A DNA stretch of 53,192 bases, filler included, from Bipalium vagum (lineage: Eukaryota), in the NCBI GenBank assembly GCA_037834085.1. It is 3 parts of 3 records of this genome, joined end to end, with 100 filler letters (N's around TTAATTAATTAA, not from the genome) between each part and the next. Parts side by side here need not be neighbours in the genome. Positions count along the whole stretch, not along the records: positions 35,376 to 53,192 come from JBBMKC010045484.1; 2 more parts are not named here. The stretch is one strand, 5' to 3'. The translations under genes were made by a program, and so were the position numbers. Every line of letters begins with the position of its first letter. The stretch's first letter is position 1. Positions 35,376 through 49,035 of this stretch are shown piece after piece. The notes under the pieces were generated by a model that had not been told where the DNA came from, did not search any database, and was given only the letters and a program-made list of their open reading frames with translations.

Positions 35376-38300
35376 GTCCTTAACTACCTTTATGACATGT
35401 TTTTCTTTTCAATAATGATTTTCAGAAAAACAAATGAATATTTATATTTTTCAAACAAGATTGACTGTGTGAAATCAAAACTATTATTTACTGACATCAA
35501 CAAAGAAACATTATGGAAAACAAAAGAAGCATTTAGAAATCGTTTTATTTGTCATGATTGCAAACGTCTTTCTATTCTTTCCTCCTCATATTCAATTATA
35601 ACACAGAATAATAATTCAATTGCATTTATTGTAGCAATAACCAATTCAGCTTAGAGAATAAGTGATTTTCAAACAATGTATTCAGATTGTGACTCTTTAA
35701 TACACTTTGAACAATGAGGCAATGAGATTTTTATTTTCTGGGAAAATAATTTACATGGTCTAATTTGTTTTAGTTATATTACAAAAGAAAATTAGATTGA
35801 AATTCAAAGTTATAACTTATAAATAATTCTTGTAAGCCATGTTGGAGATTTTCATTTTTCGACAGATTTAATATACTTTTTACATAAAAATTCTTAATTT
35901 AATTCAGTTAGTTTAAAATTAGAAATCTATGTTTATGCTCTCAGATTTCTAATTAAAAAACAATAAAATATAAATAATTTAGTTGATTTAAACAAAAAAA
36001 TTTGTCTGACCAAGAAAACACACTTACAAAATAAATATAATATTTCAAAGTATAAATAAGTTTTATAACGTGTATAAAAATATTATGATATAAAATGAAA
36101 AAAAACTGCCTTTGCGGAAACCATAATTGAAAATTTATAATCGAAATGTTATACTCAAACAACTCAACAAAATAGATAAAGAAACCTGATCTTGTTCTCA
36201 TATTCATGAAGATATTCTTATTTTGACGGTATTATATGAAAGGACATAACCTAACACAGTGACCTTATAAAATAAAAAAATCATTGATTATACAATACTT
36301 TTGATCCCTGGGAATACGTAAAAGTTTTAATATAAATAATAATTTTAATAATAATAAACAACAATGATTATTTATTTATTTAACCAATAAATATTAAAAT
36401 TCTCTTTAAAAATCTTTGAATAATACAAATATATTTTAGACCAACTATAATTCGAAAAATAGAAGATCAATAATAATAATAATAATAATAAAACTCATTC
36501 TTCAATTCATATTTACAAGAAAAGAACCTATGTAAATTATAATATTAAATATAGGTAATCTAAGAACTTTTAGTTACACAAAATTTGTTATGATATCAAC
36601 TTTAATTATAATGTTAATAAAATAATTAATTTGTTTCTGGTAATATATTTAAAGACTTCTGTATTATAAATTTTGAAGAAAGAAAATTAAAGTCTTTGTA
36701 AAAAACACTCCTAGATTCCTAAAAAAATTTTTTTCTTTAACCAAATATTTAAATAAATTATTTAGAGCAAATAGAAAATTCACTTTATATTTTGTTAACT
36801 CAATTAGATATTTTTCAGAGTCGAAGAATTAAATTCAGTATAAATGTTACCCAAAGATATTGAATCAACAGATATTTGTTGAAGACGAGAGGTAGAAGGG
36901 GTAGTAGGAAATCATTCAAACAAGGCATTTTTAAAAGCGTTTCGTAAATTGAGTTGAGGAAAAAGTAATCAGAAAAAGAAAATTAATTGTATAATTGAAA
37001 AAAAAAATTATTTTCACTATATAAAATCGAAAATAACATTTGAAACCTCGTTGAAATTGATGTCATACATTTTCCGTGAAGTCTTTTCAACTCGCACAAA
37101 TATCAATTTTAAAAATCAGTAATTAATTGAATTAAGAATTAATAAATAAATCACAATAATAAATGAATCCAGATATCGGTTTTTTCTTGATTTTTTATTA
37201 TCCAAAAATAATAATAATAATATGTCAGATAAATTCGTTGAATAAATAATTGATAAATTCATCACAAATTCTAAATATTATTTCTCCAAAGAAAACGTTT
37301 ACTAGTTTTGTTTGAACAAAATGTTTCTCCAGAATTTCAATTGAATATTGAAAAATAAAATAAATAAAATAAAAATATTTTCCCGTTTAATAGTACTGTC
37401 TAATTAAAAAATCGTTTATTAAAAAATTTAATTTTCAAAATATAATACTGAAAAATATAAATAAATTATATTTTTCAGTAACAAAGTATTTTTGACAAAT
37501 CGATCTGAAATGAATGTATGATTTTAATGAAAATTCACGCACAAGTAATCTGAGACATATGGGAGGATGGAACAAAAGCTCATCCTGATCACTGAAAGGT
37601 GAAGTATGATCAATAAATATTGAATATACAGCACGATAGAACTTAATAGACATTTGCAATTAAAAAGACCAATACATATCTCTCATATATATATTAATAA
37701 TATATATATTAATTAAATTTTAAGTAAATTTGAAAATATTCTTGAAATAAGTTACCCAAGTATTGTCACTGATAAATCAAGAAAAAATCAATAAAATCGC
37801 ATTTTAAATTTAAAAAGTAATTTTGAAAATAAATTTCATTAAAAAAAGTAGTCTGATGTAATCTATTCTTAAATTTAAATTTTTGTCATTTAAACAAATT
37901 AAAATTGCTATCGATTAATAAAGGTATAAATCAATATTTAATTAATTCGGATTTGATCATCTGATTTTGTAAGCAATAAAAACAAAAATTAATTCTACAA
38001 AAAATTTAAAGTTTCAATTTCTAAAATTGATTAATTAAGATTTTTTATTTGAGTTTCTTCCAAAAAAATAAACGTAAAATGTCAATTTATTCTTTGATTT
38101 TTAAACGGAAGTTTGTAAATATTAAAACATTTAAAAAATATTTCTCATTCTTACCAATTAAATTCCATATAATATATATTAGCAATTTTATCTGATAAAA
38201 TAAAACAAAAAAAACCCACAGTGGAAGCGATATAATGTAAAAATCAATATAAATAAAAACATTTTCTTCATATACCACTATATAGGAATCTTCACTGAAA

Positions 38301-39311
38301 TTTCCAATTATCTGAACAGTCACTAATATCACTAAAAGCAGAACAGAAATTATTAACAGCCATGAGCATAGAAGTAATTTATTGTAAATAATTGGTTGAA
38401 GTGTCAATGATTTCTTTAATTATTTTCATTATTATCTATTCTCTGGCAGAGAAATTCTAAGCCACAAAGCAATAATAAAGTTCAACTCAATTATCACCTT
38501 TTAATTCTTTTTATCCCGAGAATTCATGAAAAGAACTTAAACATTCTCACAAGGGATTATGGGATTGAAAGGTTCAACTTTTGAACGGGACAAAACGGAA
38601 TCTTTGTGACTGCCTTACAACAACATTATCACCGATTAAGAAAATAAACCGGGAAGATAAGTTTCGATTATATCTACAGTTTCTGTTATTTGTGGATTTA
38701 ATTAAAATTATTATTTTTATGGAAAAATTATATTATATTTTCCCAAATTAATACACTATTTTTGGTTTCATAGATAATTATAGATAATTTATAATATTAT
38801 AAAATTCGATTATTGGAATAATTGATTTGATCAATGTCATAAAAGATTATTCACTGAATGGATATAATGGAAGAGTAATTTAATAATATAATAATATATT
38901 CATATAATTGTATGGTGAAATAAATAGAGTTAACAGCAAGAAAAACAACAAAGAACCGAAATTTACCATTTACAAGAAGTTTTAATTTTAAATAAAAAAA
39001 TAATTTTATTATATTAAAAATTAAAAAAATTAAATATTTTTTATGAACTTATTTAATTAATAAATGTGACCAATAATGAATATTGAACCTGATTTTAAGA
39101 AATAACTCTAAATCTATTAAATTAATGACAAGGAAAACTGTAAAATCAACTTTCATCATATTTGATGAATAAAAAAAATGTGAAATTAATTAAAAATTTA
39201 TGAGTAAAAATGAAATGAAATTTTTTTGTAAAACGTGACTTAATAATAAAAATAAAAAATAATGAAAACTTGTTTTTAAAAATATTTGAAATCGAAACCA
39301 TTCGATTAATA

Positions 39312-39704
39312 TTAGGTGTGTGAATTAATTTCCGGACTCCGACAAAAGCTGCCACAATTCAAATATGCGTGATAGTACATAAATGTGATTTAAGTGTAAA
39401 AAAATGTGTTCAAATATTCACAATTATTTAATCTATTATGCAAATTTTTGAAAATTTGCGAAAAAAGCAGCCTTTGCCGGAAGTTTTGTTGGCCCACTAT
39501 TTCTCTAAAAAGATTTCTGGAGGGAGTCATCGTTTGTTAGTCGAAACATATGGAGAACATTTTTTACCAAAAACACTTTAATGGCTCTATCGACTTAAAA
39601 ATAATGATATTTTCAAACAATAAAAATGTTTATTTTATGTAATAAATATTACTTATTATAATATTATAAAGTATTTATATCTGGAAATTAATTCACGAAC
39701 ACAA
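39312..39704 (+). mobile_element. Non-autonomous mariner deletion derivative, related to the 8248 element
   Basis: TIRs TTAGGTGTGTGAATTAATTTCCGGA / reverse complement TTGTGTTCGTGAATTAATTTCCAGA. Retains MQIFEN...EVLLAHYF...ESHRLLVETYGE, similar to the Mos1 N-terminus. Confidence 0.72.
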
Positions 39705-40814
39705 TTATTTTTGAAGTCTTCGTATAAGAAATAAAAGTGCTATTTTTCTAGTGAATATTTTCTTTTCTGATTTTTTAAATCGTAAAGTCTTAGATTTTCA
39801 ACATCTTCTTAGATTTATCAATTTAAATAATAGATATAAAAGAAAAAAGAACTTATAAAATTAATAAGTTTCAGTTTTACTCCATGAATATCTGAAAGAC
39901 GAATCATGCAAAGGTAATGAAAATAAATTAATATTTCTTGTCATATTTTTTATAAAGAAAAAATTAAAATAAAAAAAATTTATTAAAATAAATGTTATAC
40001 GTAATTAGAATAACAAACTACAGCATGAATTCTCTTGAAAAAAGAGCAGATAAATAATATAAAGATTATTGATTAATTAAATTGATTTATAATTACTGAC
40101 AATTATTTTGACAATTGACACCAAATTGTCCATTTCAATTTCCTGTTGATTATAATTTCCATGAAGTGTCTGGTTATGGAATAATTCCTTTCTAAGAAGA
40201 CACTGAATTCTAAAGTATTTAATACTAGATTTAAGTTAACTTAAGAAAAGAAATTGAAAAATACTTCCTTTCTTATGACGATTGATAGATTTCACATAAA
40301 ATCGTTTTATTTCCTTAATGAGGCATATAGTGTCTATATAAACTGTATTTTAAATTATCAAATTTATGGGTAGCTTGACAGAATATTATTTTTCCTAAAA
40401 TGAATAAGAAAAGAATTTACGAAACCTCTTCGTTGGTCCCTAGTAAAAAGATATGACCTGAATTTGAATCACTCCAAAAATAAAATAAAAAATTATGCAA
40501 AATATTTCAATAATTTGAAAGATATAATAAAGAAATAGTGGTAGGTAAAATTATGATGTTACCTACCACTAATTCTTTTACAAGAACGCAGTTTTTAAAT
40601 GAAATTTATGAAAACTGAAACTGTTCTTTATGTAAATGTTTTGCAATTATTTTCATTTTCAATTATTTAAGATTTATTATTAAAACAACAAAATATTCTT
40701 TAGAAAAAGCTGTTTTTACACTTAATTATTAATTTTCACAAACGAAACATAAGTTACATAAATAGAGACAAATGAAACTCGACATGAACAGAATTTTATG
40801 AAATGAACTATTAT

Positions 40815-41720
40815 TATTCGTTTGTCCGAAGTTTTCGTTTTTTCTTATAACATAAAGTCACACATTTTGTACAAAGAGAAAAGGTTTTTATGAAACATTC
40901 TGTCTATTTTTTTTACCAATGGATTGTCATCTCTCAGATAATTACATTATTCCATCTTTTTAAGATTTCTCATTTTGCACCAAAATAATCTCTAAGTTAC
41001 GCTTTTACCGTATCACCAGAGCTAAATTTTTTCCCTGGCAGAGTTCTGTATGTAAATGAACTTGTAATTTCTAGTGATCTGTCAGTACTGTACAATGAAT
41101 GTGGCAGAACATCACAAACAAGTATTGTAAAAATCTCATTTTCGCCACCTATTATGAAATTTCTTCAAAATTGGATTTTTAATTACTTTCAATGAACATG
41201 TTACAAAAGTTGATTTGTTGAGTTAAAAAAATTTCCTTCAGTTTATGTATCAAGCTTTTTGGAATATCCTAGGTTTCTCAAATGATCATCAACAGATATT
41301 CTGTTTAAATTCAAATCTTTGCGATTTCATGATCGTTAATACATTGGTCAGTTTCAATTATAGTCTTTTTGATTCTCACTAATTTTCATTGGCCAACCAG
41401 AGCGCACTGTGTCTTCAAAGTAAAAATTTCACAAGTATTTTTCTAAAAAATTCGTTCAAATAAAGTGTACATAATTTTCGATGTTTCTGTAACTCTTTTA
41501 CCTTTTTGAATTAATAATAAAAACCTAAAATGTTCATTTTGATTTTTCATTTTCTAAAGTGCTCTATAAAACAATCACGTAACAAGGAAAATTCAAATCT
41601 GTTGAAAAATATCAATATTAGCCTATAATAAAAAATAAGACTTCTTAAATAAAGACTTTCTTAAATAATCATTAATGTCTTCTGAAAGAAAAAATTCGAA
41701 GCCTTTCTGAACAATTTAAT
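40815..41720 (-). mobile_element. Decayed mariner (mellifera-like N-terminus)
   Basis: MKNQNEHFRFLLL start (~41549), HSALVGQ/RSGRP-like remnant, VLPHSLYSTD, DGIM*LSER. Weak TIRs. Confidence 0.62.
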
Positions 41721-44279
41721 ATATTAATAAAATTGGTTCACTTTTATAAAAAAAAGTTTAAAGGTTTAATATTTAGAGATCATAAGAATTACAAAAAGAG
41801 AAATAAAGAATTAAATGTAGTTCAAAGAGTAAGGGGCCAGTAAATATACATATAACAATTTTTAATTGATAATTTTAATAAAATAATTAAATAAATATAA
41901 AAAATAAATGATTAATCTCTTTGAAACTATCAATAATCAATAAGAAAATTTTTAAGATTAAAAAAAATAAAAAAGATGACGATTTTTAAAAATAATTATA
42001 CACAATCAAAAAAATAAGTTCCAGATGTTAAAATTCAAGATTAATAAAAGAATATTAGAAAAAATTATTAAATGAAAAAAGCCAAATGGTATTTTATGAA
42101 TTAAATTTAATTCCCTGTAGATTATAAATATCTAAATATTTTCTTATTTCGTAGAAAATTTTAAGAATAACTGATAAGATTGAAACTTGAGAAAATACAT
42201 TATAGATCGATTATTGAGATAGTGACTGACTATGGATTTATTTTTAATTTAAATTAATTCAATTAATATTAATCGAATTATTGTGTCATTGATGTAATTA
42301 TTTGAAAAAAAGTCATTATAAACAATTGTTATTGCTTTGTAAATGTATTTGCTTTGACATTATTATGAACTATAATAAAATTTCTTCTGTATTAATGATT
42401 ATCTATGTTAATATATAAATAAAGTATTATTTTTCATTAATCTTCTGCAATTTCTTTGTAATTCTTAATTATGGAGAATGGAGGATGAATAACTATAATT
42501 TAAACAGGATTTACATTAATACTCTCTATTAAAGGCTTTTATGAATTATCTCGTAAATGAAAAAATTCATTAAGCTTTTATTATCATTAGAACTTCCTGT
42601 AAAACACATTACATAAAATCCATATTTAAAAAATGTCTATTGTTTATTTTGTTCAGAATTCTGAGATTTAATTACAATTCGTTGAATTCTTTTCATCATA
42701 TCTCCTTTATAGATCATTATTTAGCTTTTAATATAAGTACAGATTTCTCTTTGCAACAATTTAATTATTGCAGCTTCAAAAGTAGGAGAACAAATATTTT
42801 AAGTTCTATTACCAAAATGCATTGCCATTCGGCTTCGGTCGACTCGTGAGATGCGTACATCTCTCAAACATTATAAATATATATATATTAATGATTAATA
42901 ATATAAAAACTGAATGAAACACTGTATGATTATTATTTAACGAAAATGATAGGCAATAATTTCCCATAAATAATAAATGTTCACATTTTTAATAATTATT
43001 CATTATTAATGATACATTTATATATAACGTGTTTGAAGCATCATTTTTAAAAAAATTGTTATTTTTACTTTTTTGTTTTAATCATTTAATATTTTTCTTG
43101 TTTAAAAAAGTGTTGGTTCCATAATTAAAATATTAAGCAAATTAATTGAGGACCAATGAGAAACCAATTACAAATGCAAAACAATAAATGGAAAAGCTGG
43201 AATAATTATATATATAATTTTCTTTATCACAAGCATTTGTTTTAATGATAATTTAATTATTTGAAAGAAAAGTTAAAAAAAATATAAATGTCTAGAATTA
43301 TGAGCTTCAAGAAAATAAATAAATCAATTTGTAATTTAATTAATATTTGAAGAAAAAGCGTTACTCATAAACAAAATCGATCTGAAATTAAGCTATCAGT
43401 AATTGAACAAATAACGACACTACTGTCTACTGACTAACCATTAGTAATTCATTATAACCGATTGAATAATTAATTAAATTAATTTTCTCAAAAATATTTT
43501 TCTCGTATATATATATATATATATAAATATAAATGAATATAAATATTATTCCAAGCAATCAGTGAATCAATTAAAATTTTTCACAGAAAAGTTCTATGAA
43601 ATAATTCATAGAATCTCGAAAATAATAAAATTTTCACGCATTTTTCCTTTCGTTATATTTAATAGGCATTCAATAAGAGAAAATAATTTTATTGATTTAT
43701 TAAATAAGCAATGGAAACCGATAGGTTTTGTTGGTTCAATAAGTGAAATAAAACTGGCAAATATTATTTTTGGGCAAAATAATTCCAGATTAAATTCTCT
43801 ATTATTACTGACTGAATAGTTTTCCATAAAATTTCACAAACTTCTGATTTAATTGATTTTATATCAGAATTCAACAAATTTTCAGTGAAAATAAAAATTA
43901 TTGATTTTCCATGAAATTAACATTTTAAAACTTGAAATAAATCTTTGAAGTCTTTAATATTATTTCTGAAATAAATTATATATATTATATTTTCCTTTGT
44001 AAAATCTATGGATTCTTCAGAAAACTATATAAATTCATTTTAGTGACGAAACAACCCTCTTGTACAATATTTAATGGATATCGTTCCTTAATTTGGAAAT
44101 CACGAACAAAACATATCTGATTCTTTTCACATGAGATTTGTTAGCAATTTCTATTTTCCTGTTTTTCATTTCTTTTGAAATAAACCTTATAAAAAGGAAT
44201 ATACTTGATTAATTTTAAAAGACAAAGTAACCGATTTTATTTCATTTGTACTTCAAAATATTTCAAAAAATATATGAAA

Positions 44280-44858
44280 AATTCTAAACTCAAGACAATG
44301 GATTTCTTGTGGCCAAACCTCAGTCTCAACAGTAAAACCAGGTTATTGAGGAAAAATTTGCTTTTGTGCATTTGGTGGGATTGCCTGGTGTTATCTATTA
44401 TAGAGTGTTACAAAAAACTGTTACAGCGCAATTCTCATTTTGATCAAATTATCAGTCTCCAACGAAATTAGAAAAAGAGTCAATTGTGACACGATAATAC
44501 TAAGCAACATGTTACCAAAACGACACAGGGAAAAATTTACCGGCTTAAGTTTGAAATTCTTCCACACTTATCTTACAAATATGATGTTGCACTTTCTGAC
44601 TAATATATTTTCATATAGATGCAACACTACTTAGCTGGCCTAAGATTTAGTTCCTTTGAAGATTCAAGAAGGATCTTGATTACTTTAACAAAAGTAAAAC
44701 CCAGGATTTTATTTATCAGGAATTGGAAATCTTGTTTGTAAATGTAGACTTTTCATTAAAAGTGACGAAGATTATTTTATTAATTAAAATTCTTTTTTAT
44801 CTTAATTGACACTTATTTAAAGTTATCAAAAAGGCGATTAAATTTATGAAACAACCTA
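44280..44858 (+). mobile_element. Mariner 3' half remnant
   Basis: KNLLLCIWWDC, EILPH..Y..DVALSD, and a terminal ...TTTATGAAACAACCTAA followed by TA. Confidence 0.68.
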
Positions 44859-47800
44859 ATATCTATACAGAATAATCTTCAATATAAAGAATCCTTTTCC
44901 ATCCGACAATTAAATTATAAGATTGGAATCTGATAAATTTCCGTATTTTTTAGACTTTATTACGATTTATGTTCAGACTGGTACATATGGAAATTGTCAA
45001 ATAAGTCTTGTCATAGATCTACGAAGTTTGACCCTAGTCAATCCTATAATGAGTACATGGCTATTACGACCCCAAATGGATGTTATTCATCAATAAAGGT
45101 CGATGATTCATTAAGCCAGAATTTAAAATAATATTTTAATTAAAAATAATAATTATTTTTATTAAAGTGGAATTTTATTTCTTGTTTTGGAAGTCTTAAA
45201 TTCAATATAATTATTTATTATTGTTATCAGACATATACCCTCAATATATGAGGTATCTATTTCCTTTTGAATTTTTCGAGAATTTCTCCAGTTTTCGTAA
45301 TGATAGACTCTCAACCAGATTTCGAAATCTTGAGCATGCTTTAATAGCAATTCCTTTATTTATGAGCAACATCAAGATTAGTATCATACATCTTTTTCCC
45401 ATTAAAAACAATCTTTAATAGGAAGTTGTTAAACTCAGAAATTTGCTTAGCAGAGCACCAAGCACGAAAACCAGTAATTATGTTTGCTCTTCTGTCTTTT
45501 ACATTGTTGAATATATCGCTTTATACATGAAATAATTTTATTAAATTGCAATATTTAAACAAAACTTTTCAATGTTAATAAATATTAAAATAACAATCGA
45601 TTATTAAATCTTTTGTCAATTTATCGCAACAATCTTTTAACCTTATTATGAAAACTCACATTATTACCAATAGTAATACCATGAAAACATTTGAAAATGT
45701 CCCACCAATAACATTAAAAAAATGTAGCCTGAATATTGTTGTTGTACTTCAAATTCGACAACAATACACCTTTTACCTTATTTAGTCGAGAAAAGAATAA
45801 TGAAACAAAAGAAATAGTCTTAACCAATATCCAGAGGGCTAAGCAAAAGATTAAAGTATGTAGCCGAAATGAATTATGAAGACAAAATCCTTCAACCAAA
45901 ACACGACAAAGTAAACTGAACAGTTGCAATAATAATTAGTTATTTGAAGAATGAGACCGGGAAACGAAAGATTATATCATTCGGCAGATTAGGCATCATG
46001 CGCTTATTCGAAATAATTTCACTTTGATATCTTTAAAAGAATTACAAATCAGCAAAATGTATTTTTTCAAAAAAATATTTTTCAACAAATAATATTTAGA
46101 AAATCCCGTCTTCGTTCATTTTAAAAATGAAAATCTGTCTATATATCCCATACAAAATTGCATTTCTATCTTACCATGATGGAGAAAAATACTAATTTTT
46201 CAACTTCTAAGATTTCAAAATAATGTTTTCATTAAAAAATATATTTAAATTAAAATAATTTAAACAAGTAATATTTGTTTTTTCGTTTCATTTTAATATT
46301 TTACTCCATCTCTCCGTTCAATATATCTCATAATGAATTATTATTATTATTATCAAGCCTCCACGTTACACTTCACATTTTGTTCTTGTTTGGTACTGTA
46401 ATTGGTTTTTATGTCCACAATTTATTTTTCGAGAAATATTTGAGAACAAATATTTTTTGTACCTCACTATGTGATCCATTAAATATGAAAATATATTTCC
46501 GTATCTTCAGAATTTTTTTCACAAAGAAAATGTACTGATCTACGTCAAATAATGTTACCATACTCAATAATTACCACATTATATCTACTTATTTATCCCA
46601 AAGCATGCTTGGCAATAAAAGGAAAAAATATTTTTCTTGAATTAAATAATCCTCGGTAATTAATAAAAAAATATTATTAAAAGCAACAGAACTCCAGTGA
46701 TAAAGAACATTGAAATCTCTCGTATTTTTTACAATTAAAATCATAAAATCCTTTATAAACCAATTATATTCAATCAAAATAGAAAAAATAATATATCTAG
46801 AATTAAGACAAAAAAATAAACCTCCAACCAATTTATTTATAAATAGACGTTTGCATCAATGATAATTATTATTTAAAAATGTTAAAATGACAATTATTTC
46901 TCTAGACTGTTTGGAAAATGAAAGGAATAATTTTATTATTTATATTTCTCAGTGGATATGAGCCAAAGTTTTTATATCGAACTCGTTTCAAATGAATCTA
47001 GCCTCGGAATTCTGCATTGTACAAGTGATACTTATTAACAATGGACTATCTTTTGATAATTTCATTATTTAGAAAAATCTCCACTGAAAAAAGAATTTCC
47101 ACTTTGATTATTATTCCAGGATTTCTTCTTTCAAGAATGGAAAAAAAAATAACAGCGAAAAAAATCAATCTTAGTAAAACAAAAAAAAATTAATTAAATG
47201 TTATTATTAATAAATATTAATTGTGTAATTGGCGTAAATTAAATTTGCAAGATGAAATTGTTCGAAAAGATTTCTGAAAAATGAAATTTATTGTTTTTGA
47301 TAGTTAAAATTTAATGGATTTCGAAAGGAGAATATATTAGAAAATTTTCGTTGGAAATTAAAACAAAATCAATTGACTAATTTTTTTTGATTTTTCTTCC
47401 ATAAATTCATTAGAACAAACGAATTTGAGACTGTCGTTTAACTTGAATCAGATTAATCTTAACAATTTCTGATTTTTTTTCCCAATTAACAATCTCAAAG
47501 TAATTTATAATTGAATTTCTTTACTCTAATTTTTGCCTTTTCTCCATTCTTTACAGAGGATCTTTGGTTCAAAAATCAATACGTGGTTCTGATAAAGATA
47601 AACTCCAACGGGTTTGACGCTTTCCAAAAGTCTTGCTGGAGACTATATCAAATTACCAAAAGTGATCGTTGGACTTTGGTGTTTGATGGAATAAATTAAC
47701 TTCACCTGATTTCATCTAGAGATTTTTAATGTGAGTGGAAAAATCAAGGAGTAAAAAGATAAATTCTTATTTAATATCTTTAACATAGAGTGAATTTTAT

Positions 47801-47979
47801 CATAAATGAAATCGCATAAATTATCTTCATACATCTTAACTGAAATGAAAAATTAATTGGAACTTCTCCATATAATTCATATATATTTAATCTTCGGGAT
47901 AAATTAAATTATGAATAACAATTTTTATTATTAGCAAAATATATACACTGTCTTTGATATTGGGAGAATTAGTATTTAA

Positions 47980-49035
47980 GGTGCTTTGTGGTCTTGGCTA
48001 TTGTCTTCATAAAAATTAAATTATTATAAATTTCGGATCATCTTTCTTACCCTCCTACCCCGCAAAAAATGTTACGTCATAAATTAGATCGTAAAATAAT
48101 CAATAAATATTTATCTATAAGTCCCAAAATCAATGATGGCAAGGATATTTTGGCGTTGTATATTTTAACGACAGGTCCATTGAAGAAAGTACGAATCCAA
48201 AACGAATTCATACATGCATTTCTTGGATTTTATTTTTTCTTCAAGGTTCACCATAAGCTTTCTATTCTTTGCGTGTTTGTATTGTTTTCCAAATTTGTTT
48301 AATCTGTGACTAAATTTCTGTTGAATATATCCGGACTTTGTCCAATTGCAGTAGCAAGTTGCTCATGATGATAGACCTATGTTTGATTCTTTTGTAAATA
48401 ATATGCAACAATGTGGCAACAGATCGACTATTTGTTGATAAATTTGGCCTGAATCTGAAGAATCAACAATACTGATAATCCATAATTCGTTGTCAAGCGC
48501 CATTACCACATGATACTTAAGTTTATACACAAATAATAATTCATCTATTTGAACCACCTTTCTCCGACAACCGAGTACTACTTTATGGATTTCGAAATAA
48601 TTCTGGCAGTCTCTCTCGTTGGAAAAAATAATCGGGAACTCCACTGTCTTCGATGGTTGATTTCACCGAACGTTCTTTATTCCAAATATATAATAAATGA
48701 AAATATTTATTGAGATATACTGTGAATTCCGGGAATATATTATCTCATGATTGAAAAATATTTTTTGAAATTCCTGTATTCATGAATAGACATCCAGACC
48801 CGACTCCATCTTTGTTTCTTTTAAATTGAACAGACTTCATTATTTGAGATATACAAATCACAATAATCCTCGATAGCCACCGTAATATATATAAGTTTAT
48901 CACTTTCTTTATCCTAAGTATGGGTTAAAGAAGATTCTAGACTTTTAAATAAATGTAAGTATTAGGCTGGATTATTAATTTAATTTTTTAGGACAAATAT
49001 ATTAAGAGCATTTAATTTACAAGTACTCAAGGTCC
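47980..49035 (-). mobile_element. Merlin/IS1595-like transposon remnant
   Basis: VVLGCRRKVVQIDELLFVYKLKYH...WIISIVD matches IGGxGxxVEIDESxF..RKY...WVxG. Downstream GYIQQKFSH..N..HAKNRKLM is VNH..HTxxIE-like. Ends uncertain. Confidence 0.72.
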
